DNA of 38,731 nucleotides. Origin: Candidatus Aminicenantes bacterium. Its GTDB lineage: Bacteria > Acidobacteriota > Aminicenantia > Aminicenantales > Aminicenantaceae. Position numbers and translations under genes: made by a program. Positions 26,767 through 35,032 of this stretch are shown one piece after another. How positions within the stretch are numbered: the first letter of the stretch is position 1; each line of letters opens with the position of its first letter. The notes below the pieces were generated by a model that was not told the origin of the DNA, ran no database searches, and was given only the letters and a program-made list of their open reading frames with translations. The stretch covers positions 1 to 38,731 of the forward strand of contig DAOUSP010000001.1 of the NCBI GenBank assembly GCA_030627155.1, given 5' to 3'.

Positions 26767-27768
26767 ATGGCTTACAACTTGAAAAATCGGAATTTTTTGA
26801 AGTTATTGGATTTTACTCCAAAAGAAATTAATTTTCTATTGAACCTTTCTTCTGATCTGAAAAAAGCAAAATATGCAGGAATAGAGCAACCGAGATTAAA
26901 GGGTAAAAATATCGTTTTAATTTTTGAAAAAGAGTCAACTAGAACTAGATGTGCCTTTGAGACAGCAGCTTTTGATCAAGGAGCAAGGGTAACCTATCTC
27001 GCTCCGACAGGTTCTCAGATAGGGAAAAAGGAATCAATGAAAGACACTGCCAGGGTGTTAGGTAGAATGTATGATGGTATTGAATACCGTGGTTTTGGAC
27101 AAGAAATAGTCGAAGAATTAGGCAAGCATGCTGGAGTTCCTGTATGGAACGGCCTTACAAATGAATTTCATCCAACACAAGTTCTATCTGATTTATTGAC
27201 TATGATGGAACATTCTAACAAGCCTTTGAACGAAGTCAAATTTGCTTACTTGGGAGATGCAAGGAATAATATGGGTAATTCACTATTAATAGGCGCCGCA
27301 AAAATGGGCATGGATTTTCGTTCTGTTGCGCCTAAAAGTGTTCAGCCTAACGAGAAACTTTTCAACCAAGCTAAAAAGATAGCGGAGGAAACAGGAGCAA
27401 AGGTATTAGTAACTGACGATTTGAAAAAAGGTGTCAAAGACTGTGATTTTCTCTGTACAGATGTCTGGGTCTCAATGGGAGAACCAGAGACAGTCTGGAA
27501 AGAAAGGATTGAGTTACTAAAACCTTATCAGCTGAATAAGGAAGCTATGGAAATGACAGAAAATCCTCAAGTAAAATTTATGCATTGTTTACCCGCATTT
27601 CATAATCGCGAAACTATCATCGGTGAAGATATTTATCAGAAGTTTGGTCTGGCTGCTATGGAAGTTACCGAGGATGTTTTTGAATCGGAAGCTTCTATTG
27701 TTTTTGATGAAGCTGAAAATAGAGTTCATACAATAAAAGCAATAATGGTTGCCACTTTAGGATGCTAA
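26767..27768 (+). CDS. argF: Ornithine carbamoyltransferase (anabolic ArgF or catabolic ArcB; the direction cannot be read from the sequence)
   Basis: 333 aa with GGAGGAG upstream. [26 protein letters not shown] and FMHCLPAFH are present. The C-terminus [35 protein letters not shown] is nearly collinear with E. coli ArgI. Confidence 0.9.
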   Translation: MAYNLKNRNFLKLLDFTPKEINFLLNLSSDLKKAKYAGIEQPRLKGKNIVLIFEKESTRTRCAFETAAFDQGARVTYLAPTGSQIGKKESMKDTARVLGRMYDGIEYRGFGQEIVEELGKHAGVPVWNGLTNEFHPTQVLSDLLTMMEHSNKPLNEVKFAYLGDARNNMGNSLLIGAAKMGMDFRSVAPKSVQPNEKLFNQAKKIAEETGAKVLVTDDLKKGVKDCDFLCTDVWVSMGEPETVWKERIELLKPYQLNKEAMEMTENPQVKFMHCLPAFHNRETIIGEDIYQKFGLAAMEVTEDVFESEASIVFDEAENRVHTIKAIMVATLGC

Positions 27769-27819
27769 ATTTTCCAAAATAAAAAATAGGCATACCTTGA
27801 ATTTAATTTCATTTTCTTT

Positions 27820-28108
27820 TTATTTCCACTTCATCCTTTTTATATACTCTCTCACAATAATGGTGGTTCCTCTACTACCCTTAACTGCAGAGCTAGCAGA
27901 AAACAGGGATTCGATAATGCTTTTTCGAGATTCTAATTGGCCTTGGGGAAGGGACGCCTTTTCTCCATCTTCGGTTGCTGTCTTCTTTCATCACAAAAGT
28001 AATAACTGGGAAATCAAGACTATTTTTCTTTAATTCATTTTGCATCTTTTGTTGAACGAAATACCCTATTAATCCTTGTGACTTAGCTAAACAGGCATCA
28101 AGAGGCAT
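27820..28108 (-). pseudogene. arcC: Carbamate kinase (arcC) relic with an internal deletion, a frameshift and truncation
   Basis: The reverse strand gives MPLDACLAKSQGLIGYFVQQKMQNELKKNSLDFPVITFV, against the carbamate kinase (CK) block [28 protein letters not shown]. It jumps directly to KEDSNRRWRKGVPSPRPI, against the CK block KEDAGRGWRKVVPSPKPI; about 40 residues are missing between them. A frame change then gives ESRKSIIESLFSA... and a stop at 27820-27822. Confidence 0.6.
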
Positions 28109-28180
28109 AGGAGGATATGATCTGTTCTACGTCACTTTTATCTAAAATTTGTTTTTCCAACGCCATTTTTTCATCTCTCA

Positions 28181-28272
28181 TCCGGAAAATGGGTCAATTC
28201 TATTTTTTCGCAGATAGCTCACTTCGCATATTAGTTATCATACGATTTCAAAGAATGACCCATTTTACCGGA
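28181..28272. repeat. Inverted repeat of about 20 nt separated by a 50-nt spacer
   Basis: Left arm tccggaaaatgggtcaattct (28181-28201) and right arm agaatgacccattttaccgga (28252-28272) give 19 paired positions with two 1-nt bulges. The repeat lies 26 nt downstream of the amidinotransferase stop, between that gene and the arcC relic. Confidence 0.6.
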
Positions 28273-28297
28273 TAAATTTTTATCTTACTCGCACTTG

Positions 28298-29458
28298 TTA
28301 ATAACCCGGAATTTGTTTCGGGAAATAATCTTCACAGGCGCCCTCTCGATACACATCCAGCGTGGTGCAATGCAGGGCGCCACCAAACGGAATCACCGCT
28401 TCATACGGAACTGGAATTACCTCAAATCCAAGCTTGTCTAACTGCTCTATGTAAGCCGTCTCGTGCGCTTCCACACAGACCGTGTTCGGCCCAAGCGAGA
28501 AGGTATTCATTGAAATCCAGGAGGTGCCCTCATATAGCCCGGTCAGATAGCACTTGTTTTTATGCACGTACATTGGCTTTGCCGCTGGGATAAGTTCCCA
28601 GTCGTTCATCTTTAACAACTTTACTGCTTCCTCCGTGATAGGATGCCATTCCGGATTGTAGACTGCCAGTCCTGGCCGCAGTGGCAACAGATTTACGTCG
28701 ATGTGCCACGGGTGATAATTATTGTCAAACAACACTGGGTGAATACGGATTCCCTTCGCCCCAAAGTAGCGCTTCAACCAGTCCATTCCGCTCCGGTTCG
28801 TCACGACCGAGCACTGCCAGAAAATGTCCTTCCCAAACCTTGCTGCATCTGCTGCATCCCAAAGCGGCTCCTTTTCTGTCAGTTGGAACTTCCACTCGTG
28901 CAGCCGCTTCCGCTTCTCTTCATCCGACCAGACGTTTTCGAAGTAGTAGTAAAAGTTCTTCTCGTAGGATTCGTCCGTTAACCGCGGCTTCGGTGCTGCT
29001 GTCCACAGAAACTCCGGATCCTCCTTGAAGTACTGCTCAAAGAGCGGCCGTAAATTCAGATACTCGTACCACCGCGAGCGGCGGCAGGTCGTAGCTTCCA
29101 TAATCTCGTTCCCAACTGGAAGGAATACGTCACGGACGTTGTTGACCCCGTGCTGGTTCAGCTGCGTCCAATCCGGTGTCGAGACAGCTCGCCGGTCATG
29201 CATCGCAGGGTGAATCACAACTCGATCTACGATGATGCCCCGCTTTTCCATCATCTTCACAAAATTGTCCATTTGCTCGTTGGCCTTATCATACATCTCC
29301 TGCGGGAATGGCCCGAACGATCCCAACGGATACCCACCTTCAGGACGGTGATACCACCAAGCTGGCTCTGGAGCAGGAATATTCGTGCCCTCTGGTCTTC
29401 CCACAATTACACGCTTCAACGGGTCCCACTCATTCCAGGAATTTACAATTTTAGCCAT
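28298..29458 (-). CDS. Amidinotransferase (glycine/inosamine amidinotransferase family, GME superfamily); acceptor unknown
   Basis: 386 aa with GGAGGA upstream. It is collinear by eye with human AGAT: NEWDPLKRVIVGR, GNEIMEATTCRRSRWYEY, TAAPKP, WDAADAARFGKDIF (Asp), PWHIDVN (His) and GGALHCTTLDV (Cys). GC content is much higher than in the flanks. Confidence 0.85.
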   Translation of the reverse strand: MAKIVNSWNEWDPLKRVIVGRPEGTNIPAPEPAWWYHRPEGGYPLGSFGPFPQEMYDKANEQMDNFVKMMEKRGIIVDRVVIHPAMHDRRAVSTPDWTQLNQHGVNNVRDVFLPVGNEIMEATTCRRSRWYEYLNLRPLFEQYFKEDPEFLWTAAPKPRLTDESYEKNFYYYFENVWSDEEKRKRLHEWKFQLTEKEPLWDAADAARFGKDIFWQCSVVTNRSGMDWLKRYFGAKGIRIHPVLFDNNYHPWHIDVNLLPLRPGLAVYNPEWHPITEEAVKLLKMNDWELIPAAKPMYVHKNKCYLTGLYEGTSWISMNTFSLGPNTVCVEAHETAYIEQLDKLGFEVIPVPYEAVIPFGGALHCTTLDVYREGACEDYFPKQIPGY

Positions 29459-29908
29459 TTCAATATCCTCCTAAATTAATTTTAATTTTTTAAATAAATT
29501 TATATACTTTGCTACTTGATATATTGTCAAGGTGTATCTTTATTACAATTTTATAATTGCTCATTTTTAATTTTTCTTCGACCATCTCTTGTACAATAGG
29601 AATCGTCATATTATTTCTTTCCTGCATGACTTATTGGAGCATTTTTTTGATTGCAACGAAAACTATTTATCTCTATAATATAATATCCTAAAATATTTAA
29701 TATATTTTAGCGATTATAATAACATTTTACAACTAAATTGCCAATAAAATTAAAATATATTTAATTTAATGACAATATTCTTGAATAGAGAGGTAGCTTA
29801 ATAACAATATAGATATCTCTTGCTTGACATAATAAGTAAAATGTTTAAACCTTTTTTTCTAAATAAATCAAAGATTAAAATATAAAATACACTCAAAGGA
29901 GAATAATT

Positions 29909-31183
29909 ATGATTGAACAAATGGAAAAAGGCATGTTTTCTTCATCTTTGTCAGAAGAAACAAGAATGAGATTTTTATATGTCGATTGGGACCCTTATAC
30001 AGGCAAGCGTATATATTTAGAAGCATGTGGCGGTTCCCTACGGCTTAAATCAGTTATGGACACTGTGGCCAAGGAATCGGCTTTACCTGATGAACTATAC
30101 AGATACAACCCCGCATCTGACCATGTAGTAGAAGCTGTTGAAAAAGGAATAGATGATGTCAAGATTTTTCTTGGGGCAAAATCAGGAGAAATCATACCCG
30201 CTCACAGTGCTACCCAAACAATGTTTCGTGTCATAGGCGCTGTTACTTCAAATATTCCTGGAACAAATATTGTTACGACTGAGCTCGAGCATCCTGCTTT
30301 ATTGGGTGCCACCAAATATTTTGCTGAGAGCACCAAAAAAGAATTGCGAGTTGCAAAGATTTCTAAAGAAACAAGCTCTATCCCTCCAGAAGCAATCCTT
30401 GAAAAAATCGACAAAAATACGTGTATTCTCGCTTTCCAGCATGGTTCTAATCAAACAGGGGCTATAAATGACGTAAAAACCATAATTAAAGAGGCAAGAA
30501 AAATAAAGCCTGACCTCTACGTCTTAATCGATGCAGTTCAATATGCACCACATTGCCCAATAGACGTTGAAGAATATGGTGCCGATGCCTATTCCTTCGG
30601 TCTTTATAAGGCTTATTGTGTTAAGGGAATTGGCTTTTCTTACATTTCAGATAGGCTTGCGAAACTCCCACATGATAAACTATACGGCAAACCAGATACG
30701 AACTGGGATTTGGGCTCTCCCGCTCATATGATGTATGCTTCTTGGTCAACTGTTGTTGATTATCTTTGCTGGCTGGGTAGTCATTTCACAAAGTCTACTG
30801 ATAGACGAACACTAATTGTTGAAGCGAAAAAAGCTATACATGCCCATATGAAGGCTCTTCTAAATAGAGCCATGCATGGTACAGATAAAATTGAAGGTCT
30901 GCGCGATATGAAACATGTTATAACCTGTGGGATGAAAGATGAAATAGGAAATCGTCTATGCGTATTTTTGTTCCGCCTTAAGGATATAGATTCTTCCACA
31001 GCTATAGGACGTTACAACCGTGAATATGGTATTCGTCTTGCTGCTAGAATCAAGGATGCATACTCAACTGTCGCCTTGAACGCCCTTGGCTGGCCAGATG
31101 CTGTCCGGCTGTCAGCAGCTCATTACAATACACCTCAAGAGATCGATCTTTTCCTCCAAGCTACTAAAGCACTTGGGAGTTAA
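29909..31183 (+). CDS. Aminotransferase class-V-fold PLP-dependent enzyme (NifS/MOCOS-N-like); specificity unknown
   Basis: 424 aa with AAGGAG upstream. The blocks are SATQTMFRVIG, TTELEHPALL, HGSNQTGAINDV, LIDAVQYAPHCPIDVEEYGADAYSFGLYKAY (putative PLP-Lys in LYK) and GIGFSYI. Confidence 0.7.
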   Translation: MIEQMEKGMFSSSLSEETRMRFLYVDWDPYTGKRIYLEACGGSLRLKSVMDTVAKESALPDELYRYNPASDHVVEAVEKGIDDVKIFLGAKSGEIIPAHSATQTMFRVIGAVTSNIPGTNIVTTELEHPALLGATKYFAESTKKELRVAKISKETSSIPPEAILEKIDKNTCILAFQHGSNQTGAINDVKTIIKEARKIKPDLYVLIDAVQYAPHCPIDVEEYGADAYSFGLYKAYCVKGIGFSYISDRLAKLPHDKLYGKPDTNWDLGSPAHMMYASWSTVVDYLCWLGSHFTKSTDRRTLIVEAKKAIHAHMKALLNRAMHGTDKIEGLRDMKHVITCGMKDEIGNRLCVFLFRLKDIDSSTAIGRYNREYGIRLAARIKDAYSTVALNALGWPDAVRLSAAHYNTPQEIDLFLQATKALGS

Positions 31184-31552
31184 TTATTCAAAAATAAAGC
31201 TCTCACTATAAATAGCCAGTCCAGAGGTGCTATTAACAGAAATTTTTATTAGCTGGCATTAAATTTCTCACTTTTATCCTTATTTGTGTTACACTGATTT
31301 TATATCTACGAATTGAGAATCAAACAACTAAAGATGTCTTTACCATGAAAAATAAAGAAAAATACCCCCGTAAACATATTGTTTTACGAGCGAGAGTGGA
31401 GAATTTGCGATTTTCGTTTTGATTTCCTGTTACCTATAGTAAGGGTAACTTTATACTCACCTGGTGCAACTCATGTTCTGAAATACAGGCGATCTATCAT
31501 ATCAGACTGCTGCTGGATACAAAAGCTCTTGAAAGAGAGGGAAAGGAGGACA

Positions 31553-31586
31553 GTCCCCAATACCTAATTAGGGCTTGTCCCCAATA
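31553..31586 (+). promoter_or_regulatory. Direct repeat - palindrome - direct repeat array abutting the -35 of the bactofilin promoter
   Basis: GTCCCCAATA (31553-31562), the perfect palindrome CCTAATTAGG (31563-31572), gctt, then GTCCCCAATA (31577-31586). The array ends 4 nt before TTGACA. Confidence 0.5.
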
Positions 31587-31590
31587 AATA

Positions 31591-31619
31591 TTGACATAAA
31601 TACAGGCGAATTTTATAAT
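31591..31619 (+). promoter_or_regulatory. Consensus sigma-70 promoter
   Basis: TTGACA (31591-31596), exactly 17 nt of spacer, then TATAAT (31614-31619). The ATG at 31638 is 18 nt after the -10, and there is no SD in between. Confidence 0.55.
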
Positions 31620-31637
31620 CTGCTTTCATAAAAAGCT

Positions 31638-32012
31638 ATGTCTTATACAAACATCGAAGAAGTTAAAAGTTCAAGTTATTCTCCAAGGACTATTCACAGG
31701 ACTTCGTCTCTTGGGCAATCCTTGAACTTCAAGGGGACATTATCTGGATATGAAGATTTAACCATTCATGGGCAATTTACCGGAAATATCAAGTTATACG
31801 ATCATGACCTTATCGTAGAAACAGAAGGAAAGGTGGAAGCGGAAATTCAGGCAAAAAACATAATCATCAGAGGTGAAGTCAAAGGGAATATCTTAGCAAC
31901 AGGAAAAGTTTTCATAGATGAAAATGCTCAGATGATCGGCGATATCTCGGCAGCTCGTATTTCAATCATGGAAGGCGCACAGTTCAAAGGGCGTATCAAA
32001 CTCACTTCATAA
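31638..32012 (+). CDS. Bactofilin (polymer-forming cytoskeletal protein, DUF583)
   Basis: 124 aa. LTIHGQFTGNIKLYDHDLIVETEGKVEAEIQAKNIIIRGEVKGNILATGKVFIDENAQMIGDISAARISIMEGAQFKGRI is the characteristic beta-helical repeat pattern. Confidence 0.85.
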   Translation: MSYTNIEEVKSSSYSPRTIHRTSSLGQSLNFKGTLSGYEDLTIHGQFTGNIKLYDHDLIVETEGKVEAEIQAKNIIIRGEVKGNILATGKVFIDENAQMIGDISAARISIMEGAQFKGRIKLTS

Positions 32013-32159
32013 ATCTGATAAATTCTTTAATCTGGCATTCTCTCACAATAATAATTTCACCCTAAAACTAAAGATATTTTTTTAGCTATAGACTTTTACT
32101 TCTATACAACCTCACACAATATATATTCTGTGAATAAATCTATGAAGTGTATAAAATTA

Positions 32160-32912
32160 TTATTTATTGTACCTGTAATATTCTCTCGGTGTTTGGCTCA
32201 CTATATATTCTACAGCTTTCTGTATACAAACCCGAATTGCTTTCTCAACAGGAGTTTTTGAAAATCCTCCAAGTCCCACAGGAAGACTCCCTCCTATATT
32301 TGCGGCCCCTCCAACTCCAAAGCTACTAGCATCTCCTTCAACACTTGTAGCCGCAACAACTTGAGATGTATTGGCATCTATAATCCTAATATCTATTGCA
32401 ATGTGTGCTTTTTTGACTCCTCCACCAACCGTTACTCCAAGAACTTTTGTTCCTCCTGCAAGCCCCTTTGTTCCTGTATCAAATTCTGTAACTGCTGCTG
32501 TAATGATAAGGTCAGCACCATAAATTTCTCCTATTTTTGCTTCTGTCCCTTTTTTGATACGGCCAGACTCACCTAAATCTTGTTCTTTTAAGACTTCACC
32601 AAGCTGTTCCCTCTCCAATACAATGTAGCGGTTCGTATGAAACAAAGAAGTTGTCAACATCTCCCTCATACCATCCCCAATCTGTTTCCAACTTACACCG
32701 AACATCGATAACCATCCCTGGTTTCCACCCCCTCTTGCTGTCTTATCATTAAACTCTCCTACGGCCAAACGGGCCTTAGGTCCATCATACCTCTCTGCTT
32801 GGGCTTCGCTTATTGAAGGTCCTCCTGTTGATGTCACTGTTGCTGTCGGAGCACAAGCATTAACCCAAATCAGAATACATAATAAAGAAATTAATACAAA
32901 AAATCTTTTCAT
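32160..32912 (-). CDS. CsgG/HfaB-family outer-membrane lipoprotein
   Basis: ATG at 32912 with GGAGG 7 nt upstream. It has a lipoprotein signal (LLCILIWVNAC) and the blocks RLAVGEFNDKT, MLTTSLFHTNRYIVLEREQL and GADLIITAAVTEFD. Confidence 0.8.
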   Translation of the reverse strand: MKRFFVLISLLCILIWVNACAPTATVTSTGGPSISEAQAERYDGPKARLAVGEFNDKTARGGGNQGWLSMFGVSWKQIGDGMREMLTTSLFHTNRYIVLEREQLGEVLKEQDLGESGRIKKGTEAKIGEIYGADLIITAAVTEFDTGTKGLAGGTKVLGVTVGGGVKKAHIAIDIRIIDANTSQVVAATSVEGDASSFGVGGAANIGGSLPVGLGGFSKTPVEKAIRVCIQKAVEYIVSQTPREYYRYNK

Positions 32913-33024
32913 GATTTTTCCTCCATTGTTGCTCATTCTAAAAGCCCTGAATTAATCTGTCAATGAATTTCTAAAACTAATATGGTCAACCCTATGAATC
33001 TGGCAAGCCCGTTATCTCTTTTTT

Positions 33025-33033
33025 TGCTATAAT
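33025..33033 (+). promoter_or_regulatory. Extended -10 element (TGcTATAAT) 7 nt upstream of the uvrB ATG
   Basis: TG at 33025-33026, TATAAT at 33028-33033 and the ATG at 33041. There is no SD and no room for one. Confidence 0.4.
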
Positions 33034-33040
33034 ACCTTTA

Positions 33041-35032
33041 ATGAAAAGATTCAAACTCTATTCCGAGTTCCAGCCAAAAGGTGATCAGTCCAAAGCCATC
33101 GAACAGCTTTGCGAGGGACTTGAGAAAAACATAAGACACCAGGTTCTTATGGGAGTCACTGGTTCTGGCAAGACATTCACCATGGCAAATGTTATAGCCC
33201 AGGCGGACAGACCGGTTCTTGTTATCTCCCATAACAAAACTCTTGCAGCTCAGTTATACCAGGAGTTTCGCCGATTTTTCCCTGAAAATGCGGTTGAATA
33301 TTTTGTTAGCTATTACGACTACTACCAGCCCGAAGCATACATCCCGGCAACAAACACATATATTTCAAAAGAAGCAACAATCAACGACGAAATCGACCGC
33401 ATGAGACTAAGCGCCACAAACGCCCTCTTCCAGCGAACAGATGTTATCATTGTAGCGTCTGTCTCATGTATTTACGGGATTGGTTCTCCTCAGACATATG
33501 CGTCCATGTGCTTTACGCTCGAAAAAAACCAGCAAATAACCAGGAAAGAAATCTTAGAAAAGCTTGTAAATATTCAATATCAACGCCAGGAAGATGAATT
33601 CAAGAGGGGGTCTTTTCGAGTCAGAGGAGATATTATCGACATCTTTCCTTCTCATGAAGAGTATGCTTACCGAGTAGAACTTGACAGCAATCGAATTTTA
33701 AACATCGAACTAATCGATCCTCTGCTCGGTAGAACTTTAGAATCGTTTAGCAAAGCTGTCATTTACCCTACGACTTTCTTTTCAACCCCAAAAGACATAC
33801 TCGATTACACGATTCACAGTATAAAAAAAGAGCTTCAAGAAAGAATCGATTTCTTCAAAAGCCAGGGAAAAATCCTTGAAGCTAACAGAATCGAAGAAAG
33901 AACACTTTTCGACTTAGAAATGCTACAGGAGTTCGGCTGGTGTCCAGGAATAGAAAACTACTCGCTTTATCTCAGCCTTCGCCAGCCAGGTGCGCCACCT
34001 TATACTCTTCTTGATTATTTCCCTTCTGATTTTCTTGTTATTATCGATGAGTCCCATGTGACCATTCCGCAAATCGGTGGGATGTATTACGGCGACCGAT
34101 CCCGGAAAAGAACTCTTATCGAGCATGGTTTCAGATTGCCTTCTGCGTTTGATAACCGCCCACTGCAATTCAAAGAATTTGAAGAAAAAGTTAATCAGGT
34201 TCTCTATGTATCAGCTACCCCAGGCCTTTATGAGCTGAAAAAATCTAGAAATCGTGTAATCGAGCAAATCATCCGACCCACAGGTCTTACAGACCCAGAA
34301 GTTGAAGTCCGGCCCATCAAGGGGCAAATCGATAACCTCATGGCAGAAATCAAATCAAAAGCACAAAAAAATGAACGAACGCTCGTCACCACACTGACAA
34401 AGAGAATGGCAGAGGATCTCACGCATTACTACCATGAATTAGGGCTAAGAGTTCGATATCTTCATTCAGAAATTGATACTTTGGACCGTGTTAAAATCTT
34501 AAGAGACCTTAGAAAAGGTGCTTTCGATGCTTTAATAGGCATCAATCTTCTGCGCGAAGGATTGGACCTCCCTGAAGTCTCCCTTGTTGCTATTCTTGAT
34601 GCTGATAAGGAAGGCTTCCTCCGTTCTGCTCGATCCCTCATCCAAACATTTGGCAGGGCTGCACGCAATTTATCAGGAAAAGTCATCCTTTATGCTGATG
34701 TCATCACTAAATCCATGAAACAGGCAATCGCAGAGACAAACCGTAGGCGCAAGATTCAACATGAATATAACATAAAACATCACATTACACCTCAATCCAT
34801 CAAGAAACGTATTGACGAGGTATTATCAAGCATATATGAAAGGGATTATTTTGATTATTCACGTATTGGAGAAGAAAAAGATGTTTATCTTAGTCCACAA
34901 GTCCGAAAACAAAGAATAGAAACATTGGAAAGATTAATGAAAGAGGCAGCAAAAAATTTAGAATTTGAAAAAGCCGCCAAACTGAGAGACGAGCTTAATA
35001 AGCTGAAAAAGGGGGAATTAGAAATTGCTTAG
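33041..35032 (+). CDS. uvrB: Excinuclease ABC subunit B
   Basis: 663 aa. Present are [25 protein letters not shown] (Walker A), [18 protein letters not shown], helicase motifs through [26 protein letters not shown], and the C-terminal UVR domain ([13 protein letters not shown]). Confidence 0.97.
   Translation: MKRFKLYSEFQPKGDQSKAIEQLCEGLEKNIRHQVLMGVTGSGKTFTMANVIAQADRPVLVISHNKTLAAQLYQEFRRFFPENAVEYFVSYYDYYQPEAYIPATNTYISKEATINDEIDRMRLSATNALFQRTDVIIVASVSCIYGIGSPQTYASMCFTLEKNQQITRKEILEKLVNIQYQRQEDEFKRGSFRVRGDIIDIFPSHEEYAYRVELDSNRILNIELIDPLLGRTLESFSKAVIYPTTFFSTPKDILDYTIHSIKKELQERIDFFKSQGKILEANRIEERTLFDLEMLQEFGWCPGIENYSLYLSLRQPGAPPYTLLDYFPSDFLVIIDESHVTIPQIGGMYYGDRSRKRTLIEHGFRLPSAFDNRPLQFKEFEEKVNQVLYVSATPGLYELKKSRNRVIEQIIRPTGLTDPEVEVRPIKGQIDNLMAEIKSKAQKNERTLVTTLTKRMAEDLTHYYHELGLRVRYLHSEIDTLDRVKILRDLRKGAFDALIGINLLREGLDLPEVSLVAILDADKEGFLRSARSLIQTFGRAARNLSGKVILYADVITKSMKQAIAETNRRRKIQHEYNIKHHITPQSIKKRIDEVLSSIYERDYFDYSRIGEEKDVYLSPQVRKQRIETLERLMKEAAKNLEFEKAAKLRDELNKLKKGELEIA

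Noticed and set aside
26767-27768. The carbamoyltransferase as a putrescine carbamoyltransferase, which would fit an agmatine pathway with pdaD.
   Set aside because: It retains the ornithine-specific DVWVSMGE and HCLPAFH motifs and a C-terminus nearly collinear with E. coli ArgI. The PTCase sequence I remember has WYGLYE in place of the SMG loop.
27797-28033. The plus-strand 78-aa ORF in the OTC/amidinotransferase spacer.
   Set aside because: It is antisense to the carbamate kinase relic, has no SD, and its translation is low-complexity (FYFHFILFIYS...).
28643-29479. Plus-strand ORFs 28643..28981, 28681..29028, 29025..29213 and 29150..29479.
   Set aside because: These are shadow ORFs antisense to the GC-rich amidinotransferase gene. 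GC-rich coding DNA commonly leaves long open antisense frames, and their translations are Pro/Ser/Arg-rich with no motifs.
29490-29609. A 39-codon reverse-strand ORF (MTIPIVQEMVEEKLKMSNYKIVIKIHLDNISSSKVYKFI) upstream of the amidinotransferase, as a possible leader peptide.
   Set aside because: It has only a weak AGGA-type SD and lies in DNA of about 20% GC. It has no recognisable regulatory codon run, so it cannot be separated from chance without conservation or ribosome-profiling data.
31346-31567. A short ORF MKNKEKYPRKHIVLRARVENLRFSF plus ORF 31379..31567, as a decayed PilZ-type gene upstream of bactofilin.
   Set aside because: Only an RxxxR-like N-terminal hint is present. The DxSxxG half of the PilZ signature is absent in every frame.
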